NCBI GenBank assembly: GCA_963762565.1
Contig: CAVXLD010000014.1
Span: forward strand, 96,440-160,439
Length of the DNA: 64,000 nucleotides
Source of the DNA: an uncultured Verrucomicrobiae bacterium
Lineage (GTDB): Bacteria; Verrucomicrobiota; Verrucomicrobiia; Chthoniobacterales; JAFAMB01
Direction: 5' to 3'
Positions 1 through 10,191 of the stretch are shown in pieces; positions within the stretch are counted from its first letter, which is position 1; each line of letters opens with the position of its first letter. Made by a program: the position numbers and the translations under genes. The notes below the pieces were generated by a model. The model was not told the origin of the DNA. It saw only the letters and a program-made list of their open reading frames with translations, and made no database searches.

Positions 1-1
1 C

Positions 2-535
2 TCACTGCGGCTGCCCGGTGGGCCCCGTCTGGATCCAACGGGCGATAGTCTGCTGTCTGCTGTCGCTCGCGTCTGTCGAGAACGACCCGACACGATTGCC
101 GGAGCGTTGACTCTGGCCCGCGTATTCCAAGATCATCTTCAACAGATCCGAGCCGCGATTGAATCTGAGCACGAGGAGAAACTGGGTGAGGAAACGGAGG
201 CCTACCGGGACAGGACGGACGGCCGTTGGCTCGAACGAGAAGAAGACCGGTTACTCGTCCTTACTGAAAGCCGCTACGTGAAAGCGCGCTCCCGCTTGGT
301 CGACCGCCTCATGGAGTGGTTCGCTGACGCGGTGCGTCTTAGGAATGGCGCTGAAAGCGCCGTCTCCGTTACGGAGGAACTCCAGCAATTCGCCAAGCAT
401 TACTCCATCCCCGAGCTACTAAGGCGTTACCGGGCTTTGGTCGACCTCCAGGAGAACTTTTCCAGAAATATCCAGGAAGCCCTGGCCATTGAGGTGGCCT
501 TTATTGAGGCGTTTGGACCGGCCGGGGAAAGGTGA
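2..535 (+). CDS. 5'-truncated CDS, probably C-terminal part of DNA polymerase III subunit delta'
   Basis: Frame open from position 2 to TGA at 533-535; helical C-terminus ending LQENFSRNIQEALAIEVAF resembles the end of HolB-type proteins; ATPase part lies outside the window. Confidence 0.5.
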   Translation, partial: SLRLPGGPRLDPTGDSLLSAVARVCRERPDTIAGALTLARVFQDHLQQIRAAIESEHEEKLGEETEAYRDRTDGRWLEREEDRLLVLTESRYVKARSRLVDRLMEWFADAVRLRNGAESAVSVTEELQQFAKHYSIPELLRRYRALVDLQENFSRNIQEALAIEVAFIEAFGPAGER

Positions 536-537
536 AA

Positions 538-730
538 GTGATTGGTGATTGGTGATTCGTGATTGGTAAGGTGAGGCTTACGAACAGCCGTTAAGGCTCT
601 TGCGCAGCGCTGCAAACAGCTGAAAAAGGGATAAAAGGTGCGAGGCTCCGCGAAGTGAGCGAGGCTAATCCGCGAGGGTATTAGGGCGGCCCTCCCAATC
701 ACCAATCACTAATCACCAATCACTTCTCAC
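538..730. repeat. Palindromic module with GTGATTG heptamer arms
   Basis: Left arm (GTGATTG/C)x4 at 538-567, inverted arm (CAATCAC/TAATCAC)x4 at 695-730, unique core. Confidence 0.9.
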
Positions 731-770
731 GATTGCCGTTCACCGATTACGGACTACTGGTTACCAACCG

Positions 771-1244
771 ATGCTCACCCTCTATATCCTTCGTCATGCC
801 GAAGCCGAAGCCGAGGCAGGTTCTGATGCCGAACGGGCGCTCACTTCGAAAGGACGCGACCAGGCAAGAACAGTGGGACGTTTTTGTTGTGAGAAAGAAA
901 TCTGTCCGGTGCTTATCCTGACCAGCCCGCTGGTCCGAGCTCAACAAACGGCTAAACTGGTGTGCAAGGAACTAGGGGAAAAAACGAAGCTGGAGACAGC
1001 CGAGTTTTTGTCGGCCGGCATGACCCCGGAACGGGCTTTCGCGCAGTTAAGCAAATTCAGCGGCCCGGGGCCCGTGATGCTGGTTGGGCATGAACCCGAT
1101 CTAAGCGAATTTATCGCCGCCTCGATCGGTGGCGCCTCGGAGAGCATCCGGTTTCGCAAAGCCGGACTGGCAAAACTGACTTTACCTGAGACGAAACCGG
1201 GTGTTGGTACGCTAGATTTTCTTTTGACCCCCAAACTCTTATGA
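771..1244 (+). CDS. sixA: Phosphohistidine phosphatase SixA
   Basis: LYILRHAEA, R-LT--G, TSPLVRAQQTA and LVGHEPDLS motifs; 157 aa. Confidence 0.9.
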   Translation: MLTLYILRHAEAEAEAGSDAERALTSKGRDQARTVGRFCCEKEICPVLILTSPLVRAQQTAKLVCKELGEKTKLETAEFLSAGMTPERAFAQLSKFSGPGPVMLVGHEPDLSEFIAASIGGASESIRFRKAGLAKLTLPETKPGVGTLDFLLTPKLL

Positions 1245-1927
1245 AGCCTGAGATCGTCCGAACGCATTCTTTTGTCCCCGAGGTTGTCCGCTTCATTAAG
1301 GATTCTGCCTCAGAAGCGATCGACTCGCGCGGTTTCTTTCGTATCGCCCTCAGTGGAGGGAACACTCCCCGTCCAATTTATCAAGCGCTCGCCCTTGAGG
1401 ATTGTGATTGGAGAAAATGGATCGTGACTTTCGGAGACGAGCGCTGTGTTACCCCTGACGATACCCAAAGCAACTATCGAATGGCATCGGAATCGTTTTT
1501 GCTGGTTACCAGTCCTGGCGAAGTGGTCCGGATGAAAGGAGAGCTCGATCCGCAGGAGGCGGCAGAAGAATACGACACCGCTATCCAACATCTCGGCAAG
1601 CGATTCGGCGAACAGCGGTACCGGCATGATTTGATCCTGCTCGGCCTGGGAGAGGATGGCCATACCGCCTCGTTATTCCCAGAGACAGCGGCTCTTGAGG
1701 AGACGCAAAAGAATGTGGTGCCCAATTTTGTCCCGAAGTTCAATACCCATCGCCTTACCTTCACCTTTCCTTTGATCAACGCCGCGCGTTGCGTTGCCTT
1801 CGTCATCAATGACAAGACAAAGCAGCCCATGGTGGACCGTGTTTTTGCCGGAAATAGTGGCCTCCCGTCCGAGCGAGTGAAACCTGCCAACGGCGAATTG
1901 CTGTGGTTCCTGGGACAGGGGAGGTAG
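1241..1927 (+). CDS. pgl: 6-phosphogluconolactonase
   Basis: ALSGGNTP, FGDERCV, SNY, LLGLGEDGHTASLFP and RLTFT motifs. Confidence 0.95.
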   Translation: MKPEIVRTHSFVPEVVRFIKDSASEAIDSRGFFRIALSGGNTPRPIYQALALEDCDWRKWIVTFGDERCVTPDDTQSNYRMASESFLLVTSPGEVVRMKGELDPQEAAEEYDTAIQHLGKRFGEQRYRHDLILLGLGEDGHTASLFPETAALEETQKNVVPNFVPKFNTHRLTFTFPLINAARCVAFVINDKTKQPMVDRVFAGNSGLPSERVKPANGELLWFLGQGR

Positions 1928-1940
1928 TGGGAGAAGAAAG

Positions 1941-2068
1941 GTGATTGGTGATTAGTGATTGGTGGTAGGGCGGGGGCCAACTTCAGTTCGTTGGACAATT
2001 GTATCCTAGCGCCGCAGCCAGAGCCGGGGCAGCGGCCAACCAATCACCATTCACTAATCACCAATCAC
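1941..2068. repeat. Palindromic module with GTGATTG arms
   Basis: Arms at 1941-1963 and 2039-2068. Confidence 0.9.
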
Positions 2069-2196
2069 GCTGGACCGAAACGCGATCCATGCTCGTCATA
2101 ACTCACTCGTACCCAACGCCCTCCCAGCTCCCAGATTCTAGCTCGCTACCTCCTCGAATAGTGACTGGCGTTTGAAGTCGTGATAGTCTGCTCCAC

Positions 2197-2781
2197 ATGG
2201 GTATTTCCTCAGAGGGATTTGGTTTTGACGCGCTGCTCGAAATTGCGACTCGTTGCGGCTCGGGAACAGCTTTCAAGAAAGGAATCTCGTGGAACGCAGA
2301 CTCGGACCTCGAACGCAGTTGGGCGCATTGGACGCGGTCCTCGTTTCAGCCCTTCATCCTCCCTCATTTAGTTCAAGTGCAGGCGCTCTCATCACGCCAG
2401 TTCGTTCGCGAAATTTTGGGGCTCGATCGAGCCTTCTCGGGTTTGCTCTCAAGAGAAAATGAAGAGAAAAGCGTTGAGGCGGGACGACAGCTGCTTTTGA
2501 TGAAATCGCTCAAAGCCGATCGCACTCTCGACCGGATTCAACGCGCTGTAGCGGCCGGGACCGCGCCCGGACATTTTGCGACCCTGTTTGCAGTCCGGGC
2601 GGCGGTATTTTCTATTGCGCCGCGCACCACCGTCTCAGCCTACCTCCTACAAGAGCTCGTCTGCGAGATCCCGGATTCGGATCATCAAGCGGAATTGCTT
2701 GCGCTCGGCCTGTCTGAGGTCAACGATTTCTTCCGGCACTCTGTCGAGACGAAATCGGAAGGTATGCGATCGAATGCCTGA
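2197..2781 (+). CDS. Hypothetical protein, possibly UreF-like
   Basis: 194 aa ORF overlapping the clpS start; S---GRQLL and PGHFATLFAV segments recall UreF-like proteins. Confidence 0.5.
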   Translation: MGISSEGFGFDALLEIATRCGSGTAFKKGISWNADSDLERSWAHWTRSSFQPFILPHLVQVQALSSRQFVREILGLDRAFSGLLSRENEEKSVEAGRQLLLMKSLKADRTLDRIQRAVAAGTAPGHFATLFAVRAAVFSIAPRTTVSAYLLQELVCEIPDSDHQAELLALGLSEVNDFFRHSVETKSEGMRSNA

Positions 2782-3055
2782 GACTGCTATCGATACTAAA
2801 ACGGAGGCGCAGCTAGCGACCCCGTGGAACGTGGTAGTTCACAATGACCCGGTGAACTTGATGTCCTATGTCACGATGGTTTTCCAAAAAGTCTTCGGTT
2901 ATTCGCGTGACCGGGCAACGCGACACATGCTCGAGGTACATCATCTGGGTCGATCGATAGTCTGGAGCGGGGCCAGGGAGCAGGCCGAGCTATATGTGCA
3001 GCAGCTGCATGGGTACCTGCTGCAAGCGACAATGGAAAAATCTGAGGGATGTTGA
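2774..3055 (+). CDS. clpS: ATP-dependent Clp protease adaptor ClpS
   Basis: WNVVVHNDPVNLMSYVT...MLEVHHLGRSIV; start reassigned to ATG 2774. Confidence 0.95.
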   Translation: MPETAIDTKTEAQLATPWNVVVHNDPVNLMSYVTMVFQKVFGYSRDRATRHMLEVHHLGRSIVWSGAREQAELYVQQLHGYLLQATMEKSEGC

Positions 3056-3570
3056 TTCGTAAATGGAAAAAGAAGGCGATCGAATTCTCCCGCATCGAAC
3101 AGATCGAGGCAGAACTTTTAAGGCAAGTACCAGCCTGTTGTGAGCTGGACGAGGGCAGCGCCGGTAAATCCCGGATTTTTCCGGCGCCGGTGGATGCGAG
3201 CGAAGCGGACTTGTTGCGGGATTGGGAGGAGTATGTCCGCCCGGAGTTGCACCATCTTTTCCGTTCTGCGAAGGAGACGGTTGAGGCCGATCTCGCTGGG
3301 CTGAAAATGAAGGTCGGGCATCTGGGGCGTTTCTTAGTTCCTCTGGAACATGGCGAGCCTTGGTTGAATGCTCTGAACCAAGCCCGTCTAATCCTGGCTG
3401 CAAAGTTCGAGTTTTCCGAACGGGAGCTCTCCACCTTCGACCTGCCTCGGACCTTTTCGCAGCGCGAACTTGTGCTCCACCAGATCAATTTCTATGCAGG
3501 CATCCAAGAGCGCATCATTGAAATCCTAACGACGGGAGAAGAGCGGAAGAGCTCCGGGGGAGGTGTGTGA
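3049..3570 (+). CDS. DUF2017-like protein
   Basis: Coupled to clpS; RIFPAP, DWEEYVRPEL and WLNALNQARLIL motifs typical of the clpS-adjacent DUF2017 family. Confidence 0.75.
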   Translation: MLIRKWKKKAIEFSRIEQIEAELLRQVPACCELDEGSAGKSRIFPAPVDASEADLLRDWEEYVRPELHHLFRSAKETVEADLAGLKMKVGHLGRFLVPLEHGEPWLNALNQARLILAAKFEFSERELSTFDLPRTFSQRELVLHQINFYAGIQERIIEILTTGEERKSSGGGV

Positions 3571-3586
3571 GGTCCCCCCCAGAGCT

Positions 3587-3780
3587 GGGAGGGATCGCAG
3601 CCTGTCCGACATAGCCTTCTGTCCATAGTGTCGTGCTTTTCCCACGGTTTGGCGACGTCGGATCCCCGCGATCCGTTGTCACCGAAGCCGAGGACGTGTT
3701 GTGATTCTGGGACGGAAATACATCTTGGGTTCGGGCACGTGCTCGCGGCGCGCGGGGACGCGCGCCCTCCCCGACTTGCA
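3587..3780. repeat. GGGAGGG-ended REP-like palindromic element
   Basis: GGGAGGGATCGC at 3587 and GCGCGCCCTCCCC at about 3760-3772; related copies at 14201, 15921, 36087, 38175, 41385 and 46925. Confidence 0.8.
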
Positions 3781-3881
3781 CCACGCGCCTTGGCGCATAC
3801 GAATCGCTTTTCCTGGTGGCACAGAGATTTTCGCCCTGCTGCCCGTTGACGTCATCCAACCATCACGAGTAACTTCGCCTC

Positions 3882-4355
3882 ATGAGTAAACCCGTCGTCG
3901 AAGTGCATGTCAGGGCGGTTGTTCCGACCTCCGGCGGGTGTGCTGTCTTCGTCGGCAACGATGAGAAGGTCTTTGTAATTTACGTTGATCAAACCGTCGG
4001 CCAGGCCATTACGATGTTCATGCGCGGCGCGCAGAAGGAACGCCCGTTGACCCATGATCTTATGGCCAATATCCTGATGGCGTTGGGAGCGCGGATTGAG
4101 CGGATCGTCATCAACGATCTTAAACGGGGCACCTACTTTGCCCGGATGATTCTGAGTGCCGAGAACGAGCTGCACCAGCGCAAGGTGATTGAGATCGATG
4201 CCCGGCCGAGCGACTGTATCGCCATGGCGGCTCAGCAAAAAGCGTCTATCTACGTGAGTCGCGAGGTCTGGGAAGAGGTCGACGATATGGCGGACGTGCT
4301 CCGCAAAATGGAAGAAGAAGGTTCCAGTCCCGGAGAATCCGAAGAAGAATTCTAA
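3882..4355 (+). CDS. Bifunctional nuclease family protein (DUF151)
   Basis: RPLTHDL and IDARPSDCIAMA motifs. Confidence 0.92.
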   Translation: MSKPVVEVHVRAVVPTSGGCAVFVGNDEKVFVIYVDQTVGQAITMFMRGAQKERPLTHDLMANILMALGARIERIVINDLKRGTYFARMILSAENELHQRKVIEIDARPSDCIAMAAQQKASIYVSREVWEEVDDMADVLRKMEEEGSSPGESEEEF

Positions 4356-4417
4356 ATTTTCGGTTTTTTGCAGCGACCGATTGCAATTGAAGATGCACCA
4401 CTTAGTTTGCGGCGATC

Positions 4418-6337
4418 ATGTCTGACAGCTGGGACATTCCATCCGCTATTTCTCTTTATAACGTAGACCGTTGGGGATCGGGCTACTTCAGTATCAATCG
4501 ATCGGGCAACGTCCAGGTCATGCCGACTCAGCAAGAGAGTCTGAATATCGACCTGATGGAGGTGGTCCAAGAAGCTCGCGAGCGCGGCATGAGTTTCCCG
4601 CTCGTAGTCCGCTTTCAAGACCTGCTGCGACATCGGGTCGAAACGGTCAATCGCGCCTTCCAATCGGCAATTGCTGAAGCCCGGTACCAGAACGTCTATA
4701 AAGGAGTCTTTCCAATCAAAGTGAATCAGCTTCGGGAAGTGGTGGAGGAGATCATTGATGCTGGTTCGCCTTATCATTTTGGTTTGGAGGCTGGTAGCAA
4801 ACCGGAGCTGATCGCCGCCTTAGCCGTCCATCGTGACCCGGACAGTTTAATTATCTGTAACGGCTACAAAGACCTGACCTATATCAAACTGGCGCTGCTT
4901 GGCCGGAAGTTAGGCAAGCTGATCGTCATCGTCGTTGAAAAACTCGAGGAAATCCGGCAGATCGTCCAGCTTTCTAAAGAGATGGGGGTCCAGCCCATTC
5001 TTGGATTGAGAGTGCGACTACAGGTGAAGGGTCATGGGCGTTGGGCTACCAGCGGGGGCGAGAATGCGAAGTTTGGTCTTTCTACCGCCGACCTGGTCGC
5101 AGCCAGTAACTATCTGAAAGAGGAGGGGATGGCTGACGCGCTGAGGTTGGTTCATTTTCATGTAGGGTCGCAAGTGCCAGATATCGGCGTCGTTAAGAGG
5201 GCCGTACGCGAAGCAGCTCGGTTTTTTGCCAAGCTCGCCCATATGGGCCATCCGATGGAGTTCATCGATGTTGGCGGTGGGCTCGGCGTCGACTACGACG
5301 GCTCCCGCACCGCTTTTGATAGCTCCATGAACTACACGTTGCAGGAGTACGCGCGTGATGTGGTCTACAACATCATGGATGTTGTTGACTCGGAGAAGGT
5401 TTCTCATCCGACGATCGTCAGCGAAGGTGGTAGAGCAATTGTAGCTCATCATTCCGTCCTGATCGTCGAAGCTTTCGGGTCCATTGAGAAAGGCACTGCC
5501 GATCTAGCCCTGCAGATCAAAGAAACCGATCCAAAACCGTTATCCGATATCGTTGAAATCCAGCGCTCGCTCACCAAGCAGAACCGGATGGAAAACCTGC
5601 ACGATGCGCAGCAGGTCAAAGAACAGGCTCAATCCATGTTTGAGCTGGGCTTGCTGGATCTCGAGAGCAAGGCCAAGATTGAGACCATCTACTGGCAGAT
5701 CGCCGAGTCAGTAGTCGATCTGTGCCGCGGCATGCGTTACGTGCCGGATGAGGTCAAAGAACTAGAGATATCTTTGGGGGATCAATACCTTTGTAACTTC
5801 TCCGTTTTTCAATCATTGCTGGATCATTGGGCTCTGGGACAGCTTTTCCCGATTATGCCGATCCACAAATTGCAATATCCGCCCGACCGGAATGGCACGT
5901 TGGTGGATATCACCTGCGACTCGGACGGTAAGGTCAGCAAGTTTATCGACTTGCAGGATGTCAAAGAAACCCTGCCGTTGCACCGGATAAACAACGGAGA
6001 GCCTTATTACCTCGGCTTCTTCCTGATGGGCGCCTACCAGGATATTATGGGTGACTTGCATAACTTATTCGGCCGGGTGAACGAAGTTCATATCTTCCTG
6101 GACGAAGACGAGGACAGCGGCTGGTACATAGAAGAAGTAATCCAAGGCAGCACGGTGATCAGCGTTCTTTCCATGACTCAGTGGGACCAGAACGAGCTGG
6201 TTCGCCTGGTGAAAGGCCAAGTCGACGCAGCCATCAAATCCGACCGCCTGAAGCCGAACGAAGCCATGCGCATCTTAAATGATTATGAGCGCGGCCTCGG
6301 CGGCTACACCTACCTCAACTTCAATAAACAAGTCTAG
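4418..6337 (+). CDS. speA: Biosynthetic arginine decarboxylase
   Basis: FPIKVNQ PLP-lysine motif, GLEAGSKPEL, HFHVGSQ, DVGGGLGVDYDG, DITCDSDG; 639 aa. Confidence 0.97.
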   Translation: MSDSWDIPSAISLYNVDRWGSGYFSINRSGNVQVMPTQQESLNIDLMEVVQEARERGMSFPLVVRFQDLLRHRVETVNRAFQSAIAEARYQNVYKGVFPIKVNQLREVVEEIIDAGSPYHFGLEAGSKPELIAALAVHRDPDSLIICNGYKDLTYIKLALLGRKLGKLIVIVVEKLEEIRQIVQLSKEMGVQPILGLRVRLQVKGHGRWATSGGENAKFGLSTADLVAASNYLKEEGMADALRLVHFHVGSQVPDIGVVKRAVREAARFFAKLAHMGHPMEFIDVGGGLGVDYDGSRTAFDSSMNYTLQEYARDVVYNIMDVVDSEKVSHPTIVSEGGRAIVAHHSVLIVEAFGSIEKGTADLALQIKETDPKPLSDIVEIQRSLTKQNRMENLHDAQQVKEQAQSMFELGLLDLESKAKIETIYWQIAESVVDLCRGMRYVPDEVKELEISLGDQYLCNFSVFQSLLDHWALGQLFPIMPIHKLQYPPDRNGTLVDITCDSDGKVSKFIDLQDVKETLPLHRINNGEPYYLGFFLMGAYQDIMGDLHNLFGRVNEVHIFLDEDEDSGWYIEEVIQGSTVISVLSMTQWDQNELVRLVKGQVDAAIKSDRLKPNEAMRILNDYERGLGGYTYLNFNKQV

Positions 6338-6566
6338 GGCGTCGTCTTATACTCCGCCTGGAGCTAGGAGCTAGAATCTAGGAGCTAGGAGAGGGCCGTG
6401 GGTGTGCTGAACCGATTGGACTCACTTGGGGAGGTATGTGTCAGATCATATCGGTCCCATCCGATCGCAGCGCCCAGCACGTGCTATCACCCTGAGACGC
6501 CATTATGTCTAGCCGCCCCCTCCTAGCTCCTAGATTCTAGCTCCTGCGGAGTATAAGACGACGCCC
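6337..6566. repeat. Palindromic module with GGAGCTA arms plus 21-bp perfect outer inverted repeat
   Basis: GGGCGTCGTCTTATACTCCGC + (AGGAGCT/AGAATCT)n at 6337-6391; mirror at 6520-6566; lies between convergent genes. Confidence 0.92.
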
Positions 6567-6573
6567 CCCCGCG

Positions 6574-8709
6574 TCATCCCCCGAACAACTTCTTCAACGA
6601 ATCCAAAAACCGCTGACGAAGATTATTTTGGTTATCGGCAGGCTGGGCGCTTGGATTAATCGGCTCCCCCCGATGCACTTGGCAAGTCTGGGAAGGCACC
6701 GTCGACTGCGGCAGAGTGATCTGATACGCGGTTCCGGCGGCCCGGCATTCATCCGTAGCGATCTCATTCGAAACCGAACAGAGTTCGACCCGAACCACGG
6801 GTTCAGGCGATGCAAAATCTCCATCCGGATATTTCGTCCGAGAAGCTTTCTCCAGAATCTTCACCCAAATTGGCAAGGCAAGGGCTGCGCCATATCCGCG
6901 TTGTTCGATCGTCTGTGGCTGATCGAAACCGACCCAAACCCCGCAGGTCAAAGAGTTGGTGAAACCAACGAACCACGCGTCCTTATAGTCGTCCGTCGTG
7001 CCGGTCTTGCCGGCGGCCGTTCGATCTAGTCCCAACGATTTAGCAGATGCCGCTGTGCCCCGGGATAGAACGCCTTCCAGAGTCTCTGCTATCATCCAAG
7101 CGATCGCCGGCTTCAAAATCTGGCGTTGCAGCGGGCGGGCCTGATAAAGCACATGGCCTTCTTTGTCGTCGATTCGCTCGATCAGATAAGGCTCGCGGCG
7201 CACACCTCCTGAAGGGAACGCGGTATATGCCGCAGTAATGTCTTTCAGCGTCGACCCGAACGTGCCCAAATAGATAGCGGGAAGCTTGGGGATGTTATTT
7301 CCGAGACCAGCCTCGGTCAGCAGTGCTTGAACCTTGCCCAGGCCAACATGCTCACCCACTCGAATCGTCATCGTGTTCCTGGAGAAAATCAGACCGTCTC
7401 TCAACGGCAAGAGTCCTCGACTTGAGCCGTCCGAATTTCCCGGGTTCCAATGCGGCGCCTCAGGCACTTCACCGGGACGAATAGGGTCATCACTGATTTG
7501 AGTGCCGGGGAACCAACCAGTCTCGTAGCCGGCGGCGTAGATGAATGGTTTTGCGACCGAGCCAACCGACCGCACGGCCTGCAATGCTCGATCGAATTTG
7601 CTGTCTTGATAGTCGCGTCCTCCGACGATTGCCCTGATCCCTCCGGTATGGTTATCGATCACTAACGCTGCGCCTTGCAGGTACGGAGTGGCCTCTTCGT
7701 TAGCTCGGTCGCTTTCGGTGTAAGCGTTCTTCCGCGGATGTTTGTAGTCGGACTTGGCCTCGATCTGAGTTAGACAACTATCGACCGCGGAATCTGCGGC
7801 CAACTGCAAGGTGGGGTCAAGAGTTGTATAGATCTTGAGCCCGCCGCTATCGATCTCATCTTGGGACACGATTCCTTGGAGCTCGTGGTATAACGCGTCC
7901 ATCGCATAGTTCTGTTGCGGGATCGCCGATTTTTTGCCCGTTGTTTTTAGTTGCGTGGACTTGGCTGTCTCCTCGTCTGAGCTTGAGATGTAGCCGAGTT
8001 CTGCCATGCGATCGAGCACCTCGTTGCGTTGAGTTACCGCGCCGCTCGGGTTGTTTATCGGTGAATACCGGTTAGGACTTCGAATCAGACCAGCCAAGGT
8101 TGCTGCTTCTGGTAGATTGACCTGTGCAGCCGATTTCCCAAAATAGGCTCGCGCAGCGGCTTCCAGCCCGTAGTAGCCTGAGCCGAAATAGATTCGATTG
8201 ATATAATCATCCAGAATCTGGTCTTTGGAGAACGTTAGCTCGATTCGGACAGCCATGAACGCTTCCAAGATCTTCCGGCTGAGGTCCCGCTTTCCCAGTT
8301 CGAAACTGTTTCGAGCCAGTTGCTGGGTAATCGTGCTGCCGCCTTGTAACAGCGTGAAATGACTCAGGTTGCTGGTGAACGCTCGCGACACGCCGACCAG
8401 ATCTATGCCGTGGTGTTCGTAAAACCGCGAATCTTCCCGCGCCAGCAACGCTTTTTTGAACAGCGGCGATACCTGGTTCACGTTAACTAGGATCCGGTTT
8501 TCGCCGTAGAGGCGGCTGTATACCTTGCCATCTACGTCGTAGATCCAGCATCGCTCCGGAATGTGGCCGACTTGCCTTAAGTCAAATGACAGCGACCAAC
8601 CGAGATAGACCGCAAATACCAACCCTAGGGTAACGATCCCTTCAACGAACAATCCGAACAGAAATCGGCTGAGAAATCCAACCGTTAAGAAACTTTGACG
8701 CCCGTTCAT
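6574..8709 (-). CDS. Class A penicillin-binding protein (PBP1A family, transglycosylase/transpeptidase)
   Basis: EDSRFYEHHG, GGSTITQQL, RKILE, SVAK (SxxK), SRN (SxN), KTGT; N-terminal TM segment; start chosen at ATG 8709. Confidence 0.95.
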   Translation of the reverse strand: MNGRQSFLTVGFLSRFLFGLFVEGIVTLGLVFAVYLGWSLSFDLRQVGHIPERCWIYDVDGKVYSRLYGENRILVNVNQVSPLFKKALLAREDSRFYEHHGIDLVGVSRAFTSNLSHFTLLQGGSTITQQLARNSFELGKRDLSRKILEAFMAVRIELTFSKDQILDDYINRIYFGSGYYGLEAAARAYFGKSAAQVNLPEAATLAGLIRSPNRYSPINNPSGAVTQRNEVLDRMAELGYISSSDEETAKSTQLKTTGKKSAIPQQNYAMDALYHELQGIVSQDEIDSGGLKIYTTLDPTLQLAADSAVDSCLTQIEAKSDYKHPRKNAYTESDRANEEATPYLQGAALVIDNHTGGIRAIVGGRDYQDSKFDRALQAVRSVGSVAKPFIYAAGYETGWFPGTQISDDPIRPGEVPEAPHWNPGNSDGSSRGLLPLRDGLIFSRNTMTIRVGEHVGLGKVQALLTEAGLGNNIPKLPAIYLGTFGSTLKDITAAYTAFPSGGVRREPYLIERIDDKEGHVLYQARPLQRQILKPAIAWMIAETLEGVLSRGTAASAKSLGLDRTAAGKTGTTDDYKDAWFVGFTNSLTCGVWVGFDQPQTIEQRGYGAALALPIWVKILEKASRTKYPDGDFASPEPVVRVELCSVSNEIATDECRAAGTAYQITLPQSTVPSQTCQVHRGEPINPSAQPADNQNNLRQRFLDSLKKLFGG

Positions 8710-8814
8710 GAGTCGGTAGGGACAAGCTCCGGCTCGCCCGCCGCGCAACCCGCATCCGCCGCGGCGAAAGCTTGCCGGCCGGGGAAGTTCTCTTTCTTCA
8801 GTGCCGCCATTCCA

Positions 8815-9540
8815 TCAGTTCTCACCCTTCTCGCTCGCTCCTGTTGTTGCCGGCGTTCCCGGCGCTGTCGGCGTTAAATCAGGTCGTCGTTCAATCGTGC
8901 GTTTAAGCGCTTCCGCTTTCCGCCATGCTTCAATGGCAGCGTGATTTCCGGAAAGCAAAATCTCAGGCACCTTCAAGCCTCGAAATTCCGCTGGTCTGGT
9001 GTAATGAGGATATTCCAGAAACCCGTTACTAAAAGACTCGTCCATGGCCGAGTCCGCTTCTCCGAGAACACCCGGAATCAAGCGTGCAACTGCATCGACG
9101 ACCACGGTTGCGGCGATAGCGCCGTTGGTAAGTATGTAGTCTCCGATCGATAACTCCTCATCGATCAAGTGGTCCGCTACTCGTTGATCAACCCCTTCGT
9201 AATGTCCGCAGATGAATATGAGATGAGATTTTTCAGCCAACTCCCGAGCCCTTTGCTGCGTGAAACGGCGGCCAGTCGCGGCCATTAGGATGACGTGCGA
9301 CTCGGGCCGCCGAAGTGCTTCTACGGCAGCGAAGATTGGTTCCGCCTTCATTACCATGCCCGGCCCGCCACCGTAAGGCGGCTCATCGGTTACGCGATGT
9401 TTCCCTGGGGCCCATTGGCGAAGGTCAAGACAACGTACCTGAATCACACGATTTTCTTGGGCTTTTCCCAATATACTCTCCGCCAGAGCTGCTTCGCAGA
9501 GCCCTGGGAAAAGCGTCAGGATATCGAACTCGATCATCAA
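8815..9540 (-). CDS. trmD: tRNA (guanine-N1)-methyltransferase
   Basis: PYGGGPGMVM, CGHYEGVDQR, SIGDYILTNG, LEYPHYTRP, LLSGNH. Confidence 0.97.
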   Translation of the reverse strand: MMIEFDILTLFPGLCEAALAESILGKAQENRVIQVRCLDLRQWAPGKHRVTDEPPYGGGPGMVMKAEPIFAAVEALRRPESHVILMAATGRRFTQQRARELAEKSHLIFICGHYEGVDQRVADHLIDEELSIGDYILTNGAIAATVVVDAVARLIPGVLGEADSAMDESFSNGFLEYPHYTRPAEFRGLKVPEILLSGNHAAIEAWRKAEALKRTIERRPDLTPTAPGTPATTGASEKGEN

Positions 9541-9924
9541 CCGCTGAAAGATTCCCTCTTTTGCTGGGAGAAGTCTATAGGGGAAACATGGTAGGGCGAG
9601 GCTCCCGAACGGCCGTGTAGCTTGCGCAAAGTGATAAAGGACTCTCGCCTATTAGTCTACTGGGCCGCGAATCCGCCGAGCTGTTCCAGCGCGTGCCACA
9701 AATAAGAGAAGTTCAAGGAGTTGCCGCCGAAGGAGCCAGAATTCAGGGGCCAGGAGGCAAGCGCAGCGTGAGGGAGCACCTCTTTCGTATAGTGGTCCTC
9801 ATGCACGTGTCGCATAAGTCCCATTGGTCCCATGAAGCCCGTCGCGCCGAAGGTGGGTCCCATCCGGTCGCAGCGCCCATCGCCTGCTGTAACTAGATCT
9901 TCGCTAGGGCCTTAGCGACAGCGA

Positions 9925-10104
9925 TTACCTGGTTCCACTTTCCCGGGGCCAGCGACAATATCTCTCGATAATCTGCTCAGCCTCTCGCCGCTCGTCACTA
10001 CAGGATTGGTGATGTGATGGAGGCTTAATCTTCATCGGCTGATCCCGCTTGATAACCTCGATGAACGCTTGTTGCCGATGAAGCAACTTCTTGGGGGTAC
10101 ACAT
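9925..10104 (-). CDS. Possible 59-aa small protein
   Basis: Hand-translated ORF below the track cut-off: MCTPKKLLHRQQAFIEVIKRDQPMKIKPPSHHQSCSDERREAEQIIERYCRWPRESGTR; no family recognised. Confidence 0.3.
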   Translation of the reverse strand: MCTPKKLLHRQQAFIEVIKRDQPMKIKPPSHHQSCSDERREAEQIIERYCRWPRESGTR

Positions 10105-10191
10105 CTTGGCCGGTAAACTAGCATTTCTCGGCCAAAAGCCAAGAGTGGAGATTAACCGGCATATAGCCCCGCCCAGCGGTCGCCCGAATGC

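Noticed and set aside
427..705. ORFs with TNHESPITNH, ICHLSFVI, NLRNLR, AKRQTPNAKR or ENENEDDDE tracts (also 1474-2043, 13301-13543, 13571-13900, 38106-38390, 52965-53438, 54810-55034, 61952-62290)
   Set aside because: These are translations of microsatellite arms or shadows of real genes, with no independent coding evidence.
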